Source of the DNA: Solirubrobacterales bacterium
GTDB lineage: Bacteria; Actinomycetota; Thermoleophilia; Solirubrobacterales; JACPNS01
Direction: 5' to 3'
Length of the DNA: 64,000 nucleotides
Assembly (NCBI GenBank): GCA_049276635.1
Contig: JBASWU010000062.1
Location: forward strand, 39,464 to 103,463
Shown: positions 1-13,583 of the stretch, one piece after another
Numbering within the stretch: position 1 is the first letter of the stretch
How the letters are laid out: each line of letters begins with the position of its first letter
Position numbers and translations under genes: made by a program
The notes under the pieces: model-generated
The model's input: only the letters and a program-made list of their open reading frames with translations
Database searches by the model: none
What the model was told of the DNA's origin: nothing

Positions 1-894
1 CCGATCGGCGGAGGAATCCACGACATCGGCCTCCTGAGCGACGGTCGTGACCTCGACGTTGCGCTCGAAGGAATCGGCGATCGTGGCGATCGTCTCGTCG
101 GCGAGCGTCTGCGTCAGGGTGGCCATCTCGCCAAGCTCCATCAGCTTTTTGATCATTTCGGCCGCCGGGATCCCGAGCGACTCCGAGACCTCCTTGACCG
201 TCGCGCCGGACGGTATTTTCACCAGCTGCTTGGACGGATCGATGACGACCTCTTCGCGCGCCACCGGTTCTTCGAACACGGGTCGGCGGCGGCGGCCGCC
301 GCGCGACTTACGGGCCGGTTGGGTGATCGGCGGACCGCCGCCGGGACCGCCGCGACGAGAAGCCTGCGAGTCGATCACGACGCGGCGCATCTTGCCGCCG
401 CCGGATCCCGATGTCGCCGGCGGGCGCGGGCGCGGCGGCGTCTGACCGGCCGGCTTCTGACCTGGATCTGGACTCGCAGAAAAAGAACGCGGCGCCGACT
501 TGCCGGCCGGCGGCGCGGCCGACGGAGAGGCCGGAGGCGGAGCAGCGACCGGCGCGGCCGCTGCGGGTCCGGCGGTCGCCGCCGGTTGAGCGACGGGCGC
601 GGGCGTCTTTTCCTTGGACTCGGTGGAACTTTGTGCGGTTCGATCGCCGACGGACTTGGCTGCTGTCGTCGCCGGGGCGCCCTTTGAGGCCGGTTCGTCG
701 GCGACCTTCGCCGACCCGCCCTCGTCGCCGGCGGGCTTGCCCGCGCCGCCGTTGAGCGCCTTGCCGGCGGTTTCCTCGTCGACGCTCGACGAGGCGGTTT
801 TCGCCTCGATGCCTGCCTGCTTGAGCAGGCCGATCATCTCTTTGCTGGAGACTCCGGCCCGTTTTGCCAGCTCATGTACTCGAATTTTTCCCAT
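1..894 (-). CDS. infB: translation initiation factor IF-2, N-terminal part (3' end lies beyond the window edge)
   Basis: Not in the ORF track because it runs off the edge. Minus-strand ATG at 892-894 follows an AAGGGG RBS and gives MGKIRVHELAKRAGVSSKEMIGLLKQAGIEAK. A Pro/Ala/Gly/Arg-rich linker follows, then KQLVKIPSGATVKEVSESLGIPAAEMIKKLMELGEMATLTQTLADETIATIADSFER. It lies 20 nt downstream of nusA, as in the rimP-nusA-infB operon. Confidence 0.85.
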   Translation of the reverse strand, partial: MGKIRVHELAKRAGVSSKEMIGLLKQAGIEAKTASSSVDEETAGKALNGGAGKPAGDEGGSAKVADEPASKGAPATTAAKSVGDRTAQSSTESKEKTPAPVAQPAATAGPAAAAPVAAPPPASPSAAPPAGKSAPRSFSASPDPGQKPAGQTPPRPRPPATSGSGGGKMRRVVIDSQASRRGGPGGGPPITQPARKSRGGRRRRPVFEEPVAREEVVIDPSKQLVKIPSGATVKEVSESLGIPAAEMIKKLMELGEMATLTQTLADETIATIADSFERNVEVTTVAQEADVVDSSADR

Positions 895-914
895 ACGCGT
901 CAGCCCAAGGCCCC

Positions 915-2549
915 TTACTCGTCGTCCTCGCCGGAGAACTCGTCGCCGGCCGCGTCTTCGGCCGCCTCGAGCTCTGTTTCTTCGGCCTCGGTAGCGGGAA
1001 AGCCCGGACCGTCATCGGCGACGGCGACCGCACTCGTCGCCTCGGCCTCGGCCTCGGCGACGGCCTCGGCCTCCTCGGACGCGGCCGGAACGTTATCGAT
1101 CGAATCCTCGATCAAGCCGGCCTCAATCTCATTTTCATCGGACACCGCGCCGGCGGCCTCGGCCTCGGCGTCGACTACCTCGGGTTCGGCGCCGGCGATT
1201 TCGACCGGCGCGTCGGGCGACTCATCGCCCTCGGCGGCCGCTGCGGCCTCGCCGTCGCCGGCGCCGGCCTCGGCCCGATCGGCCATCGACGGGTCGACGT
1301 AGTCGGATCCCTGTTCGATCAGCGCCTGGTGCGCCGGCAGGCCACAGAAGCGGCTGCCCGGCAGCGAAGCGTTAGGACAAAGGCGGCCGTTGGAGAGAAT
1401 CGCGCGACAGCGGCCCGCTGCTTCCTCCTCCTCTCCCTCGATTTCGCCACCGGTGTCATCGGCCGCAAAGTCGGTTTCGGAGCGAATGTCGATGCGCCAT
1501 CCGGTGAGACGAGCCGCGAGGCGAGCGTTCTGGCCCTCGCGGCCGATCGCCAGCGACAACTGGTCGTCGGGAACGATCACCGTCGCCTGCTGGTTCTCGT
1601 CGTCGACGAGCACCTCGCGGACGCGGGCCGGAGCCAACGCCTTGGCCACAAAGCGCGCCGGCTCCTCATTGAAGGGAATGATGTCGATTTTCTCGCCGCG
1701 CAGTTCGGACACGACCATCCTGACGCGCGAGCCGCGCGGGCCGACGCAGGCGCCGACCGGGTCGACCCCGTCGGCGTGCGAAACAACGGCGATCTTCGAG
1801 CGAAAACCCGGCTCGCGGGCGACGCTCTGGATCTCGACGAGGCCGTCGGCGACCTCGGGAACTTCGAGTTCGAACAACTTGCGAATCAGCTCAGGGTTTC
1901 GGCGAGACACGACGATGCTCGGGCCTTTGCTCTCGGCCGAGACGTCGGTGATCACGGCCTTAATCCGGGCGCCGTGCTCGTAGCGCTCACGCGGTACCTG
2001 CTCGCTCTTGGGCAGCAACGCCTCGACGCGCTCACGCAGCTGAACAAGCGTGTAGCGATGGTCGGTCTGCTGAACGATGCCGGTGATCAGCTCGCCTACC
2101 CGGTCGTGGTATTCGTCGTACATCATCGTGCGCTCGGCCTCGCGGATTCGCTGGTAGATCACCTGCTTGGCGGTCTGAGCGGCGATGCGGCCGAAGTTCT
2201 CCGGCGTAACGTCGCGCTCTGGAATCTTGTCGCGGTGTTCGGCGAGCTTCTCCGGCGCGATGTCGGGCTCCTCGATCACGCGCCGCTCGCCGGTCTCGGG
2301 ATCAATCGTCGACTCCTGCTCGTAGACCTCGTCGAGCAGCTCGTCCTCGAGATCCTCGGGCACGAGCAGTTCGAAAACGCGAAAATCCCCGCTTTCGCGG
2401 TCGAGTTCGACGCGCGCGTATTTGGCCGATCCCGGGGACTTCTTGTAGGCCGAGAGCAGCGCGTCTTCGAGCGCGGTCATTAGGGTTTCCGAATCAATCC
2501 CCTTCTCGCGCTCGAGCAACTTGATTGCGTCAACGATTTCCTGGGTCAT
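915..2549 (-). CDS. nusA: transcription termination/antitermination factor NusA with a long C-terminal extension
   Basis: 544-aa ORF. S1/KH core motifs: [65 protein letters not shown]. Sits between rimP and infB. About 185 extra C-terminal residues (Cys/His motif plus acidic tail). Confidence 0.95.
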   Translation of the reverse strand: MTQEIVDAIKLLEREKGIDSETLMTALEDALLSAYKKSPGSAKYARVELDRESGDFRVFELLVPEDLEDELLDEVYEQESTIDPETGERRVIEEPDIAPEKLAEHRDKIPERDVTPENFGRIAAQTAKQVIYQRIREAERTMMYDEYHDRVGELITGIVQQTDHRYTLVQLRERVEALLPKSEQVPRERYEHGARIKAVITDVSAESKGPSIVVSRRNPELIRKLFELEVPEVADGLVEIQSVAREPGFRSKIAVVSHADGVDPVGACVGPRGSRVRMVVSELRGEKIDIIPFNEEPARFVAKALAPARVREVLVDDENQQATVIVPDDQLSLAIGREGQNARLAARLTGWRIDIRSETDFAADDTGGEIEGEEEEAAGRCRAILSNGRLCPNASLPGSRFCGLPAHQALIEQGSDYVDPSMADRAEAGAGDGEAAAAAEGDESPDAPVEIAGAEPEVVDAEAEAAGAVSDENEIEAGLIEDSIDNVPAASEEAEAVAEAEAEATSAVAVADDGPGFPATEAEETELEAAEDAAGDEFSGEDDE

Positions 2550-2565
2550 TTAGTTTTTTTTACTC

Positions 2566-3051
2566 CTATTTAGTTGTTATTCCGGCTCCGGCGTCGCCAC
2601 CGGGCAGGGATTTAACGGCGCCGATTGGACCGGCCGTCTCAGGGACAAGGTTGGATTTGCTGATGTCGTCGTAGGCGACGGTGACGATCGCGCCGTCCGA
2701 ACCGATCGTCACGCCGGAGTCGTCGGCCGCGATCAGTTCGCCGGTGAAGCTTCGGCGCCCCTCGTGGTCGCTGCGCGTGCGAATCTTCGCGCGGCGCCCG
2801 ACGAAACGGCGAAAGTGATCGGGCTTGGTCAGCGGACGCTTGGGACCCGGCGACGAGACCTCCAGCGAATACGTCTCGCGCAGGACGCGCAGGGCGCGCG
2901 TCACGCGTTCGCAGATGTCGAGATCGACCCCGGCGGGGTGGTCGATATAGATGCGAATCGTGCCGCCGTTGAGTTCGCAGAGCAAAAGCTCTACCTCGGG
3001 TTCGCTGGCAGCGAGTTTGTTTTCGATGTCGCTTTGGATCTTGTCGATCAA
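2566..3051 (-). CDS. rimP: ribosome maturation factor RimP
   Basis: 161-aa ORF immediately upstream of nusA. Contains LEVSSPGPKRPL, the RimP-type SSPG motif. Start appears to be TTG at 3049-3051. Confidence 0.85.
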   Translation of the reverse strand: MIDKIQSDIENKLAASEPEVELLLCELNGGTIRIYIDHPAGVDLDICERVTRALRVLRETYSLEVSSPGPKRPLTKPDHFRRFVGRRAKIRTRSDHEGRRSFTGELIAADDSGVTIGSDGAIVTVAYDDISKSNLVPETAGPIGAVKSLPGGDAGAGITTK

Positions 3052-3102
3052 TGTTCAGGTGTCTTCTGATGGCGGGGGTCTGTCGGCTGAAAAGGCTCCG
3101 TA

Positions 3103-3131
3103 CAAAAGAAAAAGCGGGCTAGATGGCCCAC
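3103..3131 (-). terminator. candidate intrinsic terminator downstream of coaBC
   Basis: Minus-strand RNA GUGGGCCAUCUAGCCCGC (6-bp stem including one G-U, 6-nt loop) followed by UUUUUCUUUUG. Lies about 57 nt after the coaBC stop. The stem is short. Confidence 0.35.
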
Positions 3132-3187
3132 TTCCCAATTGCGGCCCAGGGCCGCCCGTTCCGACAGAGGGGGTTTGCGAACGCTGA

Positions 3188-4474
3188 TTATACCGAAGGT
3201 CGCTTGACCCGCGGTCGAACACGGCCGATGGCGAGTGCTTCGACGCGATCGAGGATCGCGCGCGCGACGTCGCGCTTCGCACCGCGAGCCGGCGACTCCG
3301 CCGAGCCGTCGGCGGTGATGATCGTGACCTCATTCACCGGGGCCTCGAAACCGATCGACGCATCGGCGATGTCGTTGGCGACGATCATGTCTAATCCTTT
3401 GGCCTCGAGTTTGCGACGTGCCTCGGCAAGCAACGCGGACCCCGCCTCGGCGGCGAACCCGACGATCAGCTGGTCGGGACGTCGCCTGGCCTTGACGCCG
3501 ACGAGGATGTCGTTGGTCGGCTCGAGGCGGATATCGAGCGACGTACGCCCCTGCTTCTTGATCTTTCCGGGTGCCGGTTCGGCGGGCCTGAAGTCGGCGA
3601 CGGCCGCCGCCATCACAAGCACGTCGGCGGTCGCCAATCGCTCGTCGACGGCACGCTCGAGTTCGGCGGCGGTCGAAACATCGATGTATGTGACGCTCGG
3701 ATTGTGTTCCAAAACGACGTTCGCGGCGATCACGATCACCTTTGCGCCGCGCGCGGCCGCCTCGTCGGCGAGTGCAAATCCCATTTTGCCCGAGGACCGG
3801 TTGCCGACGAAACGAACGTCGTCGATCGGCTCGCGTGTCCCCCCGGCGGTGATCAACACATTCGTGCCGTCGAGCGAACGCGGACTGAAAGCCGCCTCCG
3901 CTCCGGCGACCAGGCGTTCAGTCTCGGCGAGCAGAGCCGGCGGCTCCGGCAGCCGGCCGATTCCAAACTCGCCCTTGGACGCCAGCTCGCCGGCGCCCGG
4001 TTCGATCACGCTCAAACCACGGCGGCGCAGGGTCTCGATGTTCTCGCGGGTCGCGGCGTTGACGTACATGTCGTTGTTCATCGCCGGAGCGACAAGGATC
4101 GGTTTTCGGCAAGACAGGGCGAGGCCCGTAACCATGTTGTCGGCGATGCCGGCCGCGAGCTTGGCGATCGTGTTGGCGCTCGCCGGGGCGATCACGTAGA
4201 TGTCGCAGTTGGCCGCGAGTTCGAGGTGGCCGATCGGGTCATGTCGCGGGCGCGGCTGGTCGGGGAACGCCCCGCCGGCCGGATCGCGTTCGAACTGGGT
4301 GACCAGCACCGGCGCTCCGGTTATTCCCTCAAACGAGGCCTTGCCGACAAAGTTGCGACTATCGGGCGTCTGCGCGACACGCACGCTGTGGCCGGCTTTG
4401 ATCGCGAGCCGGGTGAACTCGAGCGCCTTGTACGCGGCGATCCCGCCGCTGACTCCTAGAAGAATGCGTGCCAT
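3188..4474 (-). CDS. coaBC: bifunctional phosphopantothenoylcysteine decarboxylase / phosphopantothenate-cysteine ligase
   Basis: 428-aa ORF. N-terminal flavoprotein signature MARILLGVSGGIAAYKALEFTRL; C-terminal CoaB part LITAGGTREPIDDVRFVGNRSSGKMG. Confidence 0.95.
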   Translation of the reverse strand: MARILLGVSGGIAAYKALEFTRLAIKAGHSVRVAQTPDSRNFVGKASFEGITGAPVLVTQFERDPAGGAFPDQPRPRHDPIGHLELAANCDIYVIAPASANTIAKLAAGIADNMVTGLALSCRKPILVAPAMNNDMYVNAATRENIETLRRRGLSVIEPGAGELASKGEFGIGRLPEPPALLAETERLVAGAEAAFSPRSLDGTNVLITAGGTREPIDDVRFVGNRSSGKMGFALADEAAARGAKVIVIAANVVLEHNPSVTYIDVSTAAELERAVDERLATADVLVMAAAVADFRPAEPAPGKIKKQGRTSLDIRLEPTNDILVGVKARRRPDQLIVGFAAEAGSALLAEARRKLEAKGLDMIVANDIADASIGFEAPVNEVTIITADGSAESPARGAKRDVARAILDRVEALAIGRVRPRVKRPSV

Positions 4475-4590
4475 CGGTGACTGCCTCGGGATCGATTATC
4501 GACGGTTCGGCAAAGACTTTCGACGGCTGCACGCCAACGGCCGGCCGAGGCGACCGCGAAGCAGGATTTCGCGGCTCGCGGTATAGGTCC

Positions 4591-4818
4591 TTAGCGGTAC
4601 TTGTACTTGAGCTTGTCGGCCTCGATCTCTTCAAGGGCGATCGTCAAGTAGTTCTTGGAGCGGGTGTCGACCATCGGCGGAACGTACTCGCCGAAGTGCC
4701 CTTCGCCAAGGCCGTGGTAGTACGAACTGATCTGGCGCGCGCGCTTGGCGGCGACGATCACCGAAGCGTATTGCGAGTCGATCTTTTCGAGCAACTTGTC
4801 TACGCGGGGTTCAACCAC
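4591..4818 (-). CDS. rpoZ: DNA-directed RNA polymerase subunit omega
   Basis: 75-aa ORF with GTG start after an AAGGAG RBS. Contains SQYASVIVAAKRARQI, typical of omega. Conserved position gmk-rpoZ-coaBC. Confidence 0.9.
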   Translation of the reverse strand: MVEPRVDKLLEKIDSQYASVIVAAKRARQISSYYHGLGEGHFGEYVPPMVDTRSKNYLTIALEEIEADKLKYKYR

Positions 4819-4936
4819 TTGGACTCCTTATCGAAACTGCTTGGGGCCGCGAAAGCCTGGATGCCGCCGTCCGTTGCCGCTTGGAGCACGCGACCGGCCG
4901 CTGGGTCAAGTGTAACGACCGGCTCGACGCGCTTGC

Positions 4937-5542
4937 CTAGGCCGGCGATCGGTGAGAGGCGCTGACGATCGCGTCGAGCGCCTCGACGGCGGTTTCCAGA
5001 TCGTCGTTGACGACGACGCGCTCAAATTCGTCGCGGGCGGCGAGCTCTTCGCGCGCGACGGCGAGGCGGCGTTCAATATCGGCCGCCGAGTCGGTTCCGC
5101 GGCCGATCAGCCGGGCGCGCAGCGTCTCGTAGCTCGGCGGCGCGATGAATATCTGATGTGCCTCGGGCATCGTTTCGCGAACCTGCCGCGCTCCCTGTAG
5201 TTCGATCTCGAGGACCACCCCCCCGCCGGCGCCGTGCCGAGACAGTTCGGAGCGCAGAGTGCCGTAGCGGTTACCGCTGTATGAGGCGTGCTCGACGAAC
5301 TCGCCGGCGTCGACTCCACGACTGAACTCCTCGGCGGAGAGGAAGTAATAGTGCTCGCCGTGGCGCTCCCCCTCGCGCGGTGCGCGCGTGGTCGCCGAAA
5401 TCGAAAGCCCGAGCCCGCGATGGCGCTCGAGCAGCAGTCGGATCAGCGTCCCCTTGCCGACCCCCGAGGGCCCGGTGATCACGAAGACCTCGGGTCGGGC
5501 GTCGGCCGACACCTTGGGGCTGGCGGGGTTCGTCTCGGTCAC
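4937..5542 (-). CDS. gmk: guanylate kinase
   Basis: 201-aa ORF. P-loop ITGPSGVGKGTL, then ISATTRAPREGERHGEHYYF and YSGNRYGT. Confidence 0.95.
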   Translation of the reverse strand: MTETNPASPKVSADARPEVFVITGPSGVGKGTLIRLLLERHRGLGLSISATTRAPREGERHGEHYYFLSAEEFSRGVDAGEFVEHASYSGNRYGTLRSELSRHGAGGGVVLEIELQGARQVRETMPEAHQIFIAPPSYETLRARLIGRGTDSAADIERRLAVAREELAARDEFERVVVNDDLETAVEALDAIVSASHRSPA

Positions 5543-5611
5543 GGGCCTTCGATCATAAGCCGCCCGGCGGATCGTCCGGCCCGGGGAACGCCGCCGGCGC
5601 CGGCGACGGGA

Positions 5612-6043
5612 TTACGGCCGGCGTAGCGCGTCGATCAATTCGACACGCTGGCGCTCGGAGAGGCCGATGACGGTCTTGCTCGGTGAGATGCGACAGCGCT
5701 GGAGAACCTTCGTCACCTTGACGCGGCCGTAGCGCGGTACCGCGAGCATGATGTCGGCCACCTTGGCCGAATGAACGCATTCCGGCGGATCGCCGAGAAC
5801 CTGCTCGACCCTGATACGCCCGGCCTTTAGGTCACGCTTCAGCGAGGCGCGCTCCGTTCTGACCGCATTGGCCAGCTTCAGCGCTTCGAGTCGCTGGGTG
5901 GGCGAGCGGTCCGGCGTCGTGACGGCAGCCGGCTCATCCCCCGAATCAGGTCCCGTGGTAGCGGCGGTGAACTTCTCTTGCGGCGCCGATTGAGCTTGCG
6001 GGGACTTGGTGGCCGGTTGCGACATGGCGGGAATGATAGGCAT
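5612..6043 (-). CDS. mihF: actinobacterial integration host factor (MihF-like)
   Basis: 143-aa ORF directly upstream of gmk, as in actinobacteria. C-terminal helix-hairpin region VADIMLAVPRYGRVKVTKVLQRCRISPSKTVIGLSERQRVELIDAL. The start may instead be the second ATG at 6025 (TATCAT -10-like hexamer 7 nt upstream, so possibly leaderless). Confidence 0.8.
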   Translation of the reverse strand: MPIIPAMSQPATKSPQAQSAPQEKFTAATTGPDSGDEPAAVTTPDRSPTQRLEALKLANAVRTERASLKRDLKAGRIRVEQVLGDPPECVHSAKVADIMLAVPRYGRVKVTKVLQRCRISPSKTVIGLSERQRVELIDALRRP

Positions 6044-6162
6044 GTTTCGCGCCGATCGCCAGTGAAATTTTCGACATTCACCTCGACCTCTACCTGAGGT
6101 TCAACCGAGTTCACAGTTGCATCACCCCCACGGTCCGCGCCGGTCGGGAGCGCCGGCCGCGC

Positions 6163-7041
6163 TCAGGCCGTTGGCGGCGGCCCGTCGTCGATTGCGGCGA
6201 GTTCGTGCGCGACACGGTTCCCGGCCGCCGGATCGCGGAAGTTTTCGGTTCCAACCGCTACCAGCGTCGCTCCGGCGGCGATTAGCTCGGCGGCGTGACG
6301 GCCGGACTCCACGCCGCCCATCGCGACGATCGGGACGGCGACCTTCTCGGCGATTTGCGCGGTCTGTGCGAGTGCCAGCGGCCGGATCGCAGGACCGGAA
6401 ATGCCGCCGGAGCCGCCGCCGAGCCACGGCTGACCGCTGGCCGGATCCACCGCCATGCCGGGCAGAGTGTTAATCAGCGAGACGGCGTCGGCGCCGCCGG
6501 ATTGAGCGGCCGCGGCGACCAGGTCCGGCCGAGCCGTCGACGGCGAGAGTTTCGCGATCAGCGTCTTGCTCGAATGAGGGCGCAGCTCGGCCATCATCGC
6601 CTCGGTTTCGGCCGCGACGGAGCCGACGATGTTGCCGGTCTTGACATTGGGACAGGAAAAGTTCAGTTCAAGCGCGGCGATCGCACCATGCCCGTCGAGC
6701 CGCTGGAGGATCTCGACGAGTTCGCCCGCCTTGAAACCCATCACGCTGACGATCAACGGAACCGGAAGCCCGGAGTATTCGGGCAGATCTTCGTCGATGA
6801 AGCGGTCGAGCCCCTTGTTCGGCAGGCCGATCGAGTTGATCATTCCCCGGCCGAGCTCCCAGAGCCGTGGCGGCGGATTGCCGGCGCGCGGTTTGCGAGT
6901 GATCGTCTTGGAAACATAGGCCGAGAACGGGAAGTTCGTGTCGAAGGCGGGACCGAAAACACCGCGCGCTGCGATCGCGTCATAAGTTCCCGACCCGTTG
7001 ATAATCGGGTGAGCCAGCTCAATGCCGCAGAACTCGGTCAC
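6163..7041 (-). CDS. pyrD: dihydroorotate dehydrogenase, class 1B catalytic subunit
   Basis: The track ORF (6163..7227) is over-extended into pyrK. GTG at 7039-7041 overlaps the pyrK TGA stop (GTGA). Protein begins [21 protein letters not shown] and contains NFSCPNVKTG and SLINTLPGMA. Confidence 0.9.
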   Translation of the reverse strand: MTEFCGIELAHPIINGSGTYDAIAARGVFGPAFDTNFPFSAYVSKTITRKPRAGNPPPRLWELGRGMINSIGLPNKGLDRFIDEDLPEYSGLPVPLIVSVMGFKAGELVEILQRLDGHGAIAALELNFSCPNVKTGNIVGSVAAETEAMMAELRPHSSKTLIAKLSPSTARPDLVAAAAQSGGADAVSLINTLPGMAVDPASGQPWLGGGSGGISGPAIRPLALAQTAQIAEKVAVPIVAMGGVESGRHAAELIAAGATLVAVGTENFRDPAAGNRVAHELAAIDDGPPPTA

Positions 7042-7876
7042 GGCCGGGCCCCATTGGTCCCGGCCGCCAGCGCGGTCTCGATCTGCTCGCCGCGCAGCAC
7101 GGGACCGTCGACGCAGAGTCTCGCGTAGCCGTCGCGGGTCGCGACGACGCAGCCGAAACATGCTCCGAAGCCGCAGGCCATGCCCGACTCCATCGCCAGC
7201 TGACTCGGGACATCGTGCGCCTCGCACAGCTCACGGACGGCCTCGAGCATCGCCGGCGGGCCGCAGGCATAGACGGTGCTCTCCCGCTCCGCACGCAGCT
7301 GTGCGGCCAGCATCTGGGTGACGTATCCGGCCTGCCCGGCCGATCCATCGTCGGTGGCGAGATCGTGGTCGAGCCCGTAGGCGATCACGGCGCGCGCGTG
7401 GTCGCCGGAGCGCATGCCGACAAGAATCGTCGAGCGGACGCCGTCGAGATCGTGGATCTCATCGTCGAGCGCGATGATCGGCGCAAGCCCGATTCCCCCC
7501 GCCACCAGCAACGGTCGGCGACCCGCTTCGAACGTAAAGCCGTTTCCGAACGGGCCGGCGATCAGCAGTTCGTCCCCGGCCGCACTGGCGGCGAGTCGCG
7601 CGGTCCCAGGGCCGACGGCCTCAAGCAGGAATTCGAGCGCGAGGCGATCGCCGTCCGCGCGCGCGCGGGCGAACGAGAGCGCCCGCGGCAGGTACGGGCG
7701 CCCGTCGTCACCTCCACCCCATGCCTGTGCCGTCCGCAGCATGTAAAACTGGCCGGCCAACGGGCGCGGACCGGTCGAATCGATGACCGTAAGCACCACG
7801 TACGGACCGTGGTGGTCGACCGTCTCGACGCGGGCGCTACGCCGGCCGAACGGCGCGTAGGGACGTCGTCGCCCGC

Positions 7877-7880
<4 letters not shown>
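7038..7880 (-). CDS. pyrK: dihydroorotate dehydrogenase electron-transfer subunit (FAD / 2Fe-2S)
   Basis: 280-aa ORF between carB and pyrD. RALSFA flavin motif, [15 protein letters not shown]-type fold, and C-terminal cluster ligands [13 protein letters not shown]. Confidence 0.85.
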
Positions 7881-11044
<3,164 letters not shown>

Positions 11045-11046
11045 GG

Positions 11047-12177
11047 CTACCTCGCCCGCTCGGCCAGCGCGAGGAAACGATCGAACAGGTACAGGGCATC
11101 GTGCGGTCCCGGACCGCCCTCCGGGTGGTACTGAACCGTCGCGCCGGCAACATCGCGCAGGACCAGGCCTTCGACTGTGTGGTCATAGAGGTTCACATGA
11201 GACAGCTCGGCTGAGCCGAAGTCAGTCTCCCAGCGAACCGGCCCCTCGCCGGTGATTTTGCCGGATCCGTCCGGGGTCTGGACGGCGAAACCGTGATTCT
11301 GCGCGGTGATGTCGATCTTTCCGCTGGCAAGATCTTTGACCGGGTGGTTGGCGCCGCGGTGCCCGAACGGGAGTTTGTATGTCTCCAGCCCGATCGCGCG
11401 GCACATCAGCTGGTGCCCAAGGCAGATCCCGAAGACGGGCTTGACGCCGATCAGCCGGCGAACGGTGTCGACGACGTACTCAAGCGCGGCCGGATCGCCG
11501 GGACCATTGGCGAGAAAGAAAATATCCGGGTCGCGCGCGAACAGATCGGCCGCGGATGAGCCGCAGGGATGAAGCTCGAGCCGAACGCCGCGTTTACGCA
11601 GGTTTTCGATGATCGAGCGCTTGATCCCGGTGTCGATCGCCACCACGCGGGGACCGTCGCCGTCGCCGAAGATGACCGGTTGAGCGGGTGTTACCTCGCC
11701 CGCGAGATCACGCCCGCGCATCGGCGGCTCGCCGAAGATCGTTTCGAGGGCCTCGGCCGCGCCGACTCCGCCGGGAAATATGCCGCCGCGCATAGCGCCC
11801 TTGTCACGGATGTGGCGAACCAGCGAGCGCGTGTCGACTCCGGTGATGGCGGTCACGCTGTTCTCGATCAGCCAGCGCTCCCAGTCGCCCTGAACCGACC
11901 GCTCACCGGCCGGAGTTATCTCGCGCATCACGACCGCGCGGGCGTGCGGCGCGCCGGATTCCATGAGCGCCTCGGCGACGCCGTAATTGCCGATCATCGG
12001 ATACGTGTAAGTGATGATCTGACCGCGATAGCTTGGGTCGGTGACCGCCTCCTGATAACCGGTCATCGCGGTGTTGAAGACGACCTCTCCGGTCGCGGCC
12101 TCGCTCGCGCCGGCGCGGAGCCCGTCGAATCGAGCACCGTCCTCAAGCATCAGATAGGCCGGCTCGCGGCCGATCAT
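11047..12177 (-). CDS. carA: carbamoyl-phosphate synthase small (glutaminase) subunit
   Basis: The track ORF (to 12324) is over-extended. ATG at 12175-12177 overlaps the pyrC stop (ATGA). Protein starts [19 protein letters not shown]. Class-I amidotransferase site [11 protein letters not shown]. Confidence 0.93.
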   Translation of the reverse strand: MIGREPAYLMLEDGARFDGLRAGASEAATGEVVFNTAMTGYQEAVTDPSYRGQIITYTYPMIGNYGVAEALMESGAPHARAVVMREITPAGERSVQGDWERWLIENSVTAITGVDTRSLVRHIRDKGAMRGGIFPGGVGAAEALETIFGEPPMRGRDLAGEVTPAQPVIFGDGDGPRVVAIDTGIKRSIIENLRKRGVRLELHPCGSSAADLFARDPDIFFLANGPGDPAALEYVVDTVRRLIGVKPVFGICLGHQLMCRAIGLETYKLPFGHRGANHPVKDLASGKIDITAQNHGFAVQTPDGSGKITGEGPVRWETDFGSAELSHVNLYDHTVEGLVLRDVAGATVQYHPEGGPGPHDALYLFDRFLALAERAR

Positions 12178-13583
12178 GGGCCGACCTCGGCGATCGCGAA
12201 GCTGCGCGCCCGGTAGGCGACGACGCCGGCCGCCACCGTCGCGACAACGCGTCCGTTGAGCTTGCGGCCGGCGAAACAGGAGTTGGCGGAGCGGCTTTCG
12301 TAGCCGTCTTCGCCGACGATCCACGTGGCCGCGAGGTCGACGAGCGCCAGATTCGCCGGTTCGCCGACGGCGATCTTCGGAGTTGGCAGGTCGAACAACC
12401 CGGCCCCGGCCGTCATCCGGTCGATCACGAGGTCGAGCGGGAGAACGCCGGGCCGTACAAGATCCGTGTAAATGACCGGGAAGCAGGTCTCCAGGCCGGT
12501 CACCCCCATCGCCGCCTGCTCGAAGGGGATTTCCTTTTCGTGCGCGGCGTGCGGCGCGTGGTCCGTGGCGACGCAGTCGATCACTCCACTGCGCAGGCCC
12601 TCGATCAGCGCCAGACGGTCGGCCTCGGTGCGCAGGGGCGGGTTCATCTTGAAGTTCGCGTCGGTGGCGTCACCGACGGCCTCTTCGGTGAGCGTGAGGT
12701 GGTGAGGGGTCGCTTCGGTCGTGATCCGCACGCCGCGCTGCTTGGCGGCGGCCACGACCTCGATCGACAGCAGGCTCGAGAGATGCTGAACGTGGATACG
12801 CCCGTCCTCGTACTGCGCCAATAGGGCATCGCGCGCGATCATCGAGCTCTCGGAGACCGGCGGAATCCCCGCGAGACCGAGCCCGGCCGATATTTTGCCC
12901 TCGTGCATCACGCCGCCGCGCGAAAGCGCCGGATCCTCTTGGTGGAGGGCGATCACGCGGCCGGCGACCTTCTGGTACTGGAGCGCCTGGCGCATCAGGC
13001 CGGCGTCGGCGATCGGCAGGCCGTCGTCGGTGAAGCAGGCCGCGCCGGCGCCGGCGAGATCGATCATCTCGGTCAGCTCGCCGCCGGCCATCGCCTTGGT
13101 CACCGTCGCGCCGAAACCGACCGGTACGTGCGCCTCGCTCGCGGCCCGCATGCGCAGCGACTGCAAAGCTCCGGCGCTGTCGACGGGCGGACTCGTGTTG
13201 GCCATCGCGAGGATCAGGCAGTATCCGCCGGCGGCGGCCGAACGCGTGCCGCTCTCGATGTCCTCCTTGTATTCAAAACCCGGAGTGCGCAGGTGGACGT
13301 GCGGGTCGACGAATCCCGGGAACAGATGCTTCCCCCGGGCGTCGAACAGCTCGGCGCTCTCGGGCCGATCGATCCGCTCGCCGATTCCCGCAATCTCACC
13401 GCCGCTGACGAGGACGTCGAGAACTCCGTCGACGCCGGCCCGCGGATCGACGACGTGCGCGCCGCTGATCAGTAGATCGGCCGGCCGGCCGCCACGGAAG
13501 CTGAGACCGTCGGCGACCGTCGGACCGTGCGGCGCGGTCACCCGGAGCGGATCGGCGAGACGCAATGCCGACCGATCGGTCAT
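12174..13583 (-). CDS. pyrC: dihydroorotase
   Basis: 469-aa ORF in the pyr operon. Metal-binding PGFVDPHVHLR and VATDHAPH motifs. Confidence 0.9.
   Translation of the reverse strand: MTDRSALRLADPLRVTAPHGPTVADGLSFRGGRPADLLISGAHVVDPRAGVDGVLDVLVSGGEIAGIGERIDRPESAELFDARGKHLFPGFVDPHVHLRTPGFEYKEDIESGTRSAAAGGYCLILAMANTSPPVDSAGALQSLRMRAASEAHVPVGFGATVTKAMAGGELTEMIDLAGAGAACFTDDGLPIADAGLMRQALQYQKVAGRVIALHQEDPALSRGGVMHEGKISAGLGLAGIPPVSESSMIARDALLAQYEDGRIHVQHLSSLLSIEVVAAAKQRGVRITTEATPHHLTLTEEAVGDATDANFKMNPPLRTEADRLALIEGLRSGVIDCVATDHAPHAAHEKEIPFEQAAMGVTGLETCFPVIYTDLVRPGVLPLDLVIDRMTAGAGLFDLPTPKIAVGEPANLALVDLAATWIVGEDGYESRSANSCFAGRKLNGRVVATVAAGVVAYRARSFAIAEVGP

Noticed and set aside
960-1300. GCC/TCG-rich short tandem repeats (gcctcggcctcggcctcggcg...) that superficially resemble a repeat array
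   Set aside because: They lie inside the nusA reading frame and encode the acidic EAEAEA low-complexity tail. They have no spacer structure and are not CRISPR-like.
864-2483. 539-aa plus-strand ORF (and the overlapping plus-strand ORFs 47..994) covering the nusA/infB region
   Set aside because: It is antisense to clearly recognisable NusA and IF-2 reading frames. The composition is Gly/Arg/Leu/Ala-rich with no motifs. This is a typical stop-free shadow frame of a roughly 70% GC genome.
6163-7227. 5'-extended versions of several track ORFs (pyrD to 7227, carA to 12324, pdxS to 54112, rpiR to 59111, sugar dehydratase to 27642, sigma from 21462, HIT from 32695)
   Set aside because: The extensions are Arg-rich, overlap the upstream gene, and precede canonical N-termini. 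Internal ATG or GTG starts give 1-4-nt stop/start overlaps or proper RBS spacing, so the shorter coordinates were used.
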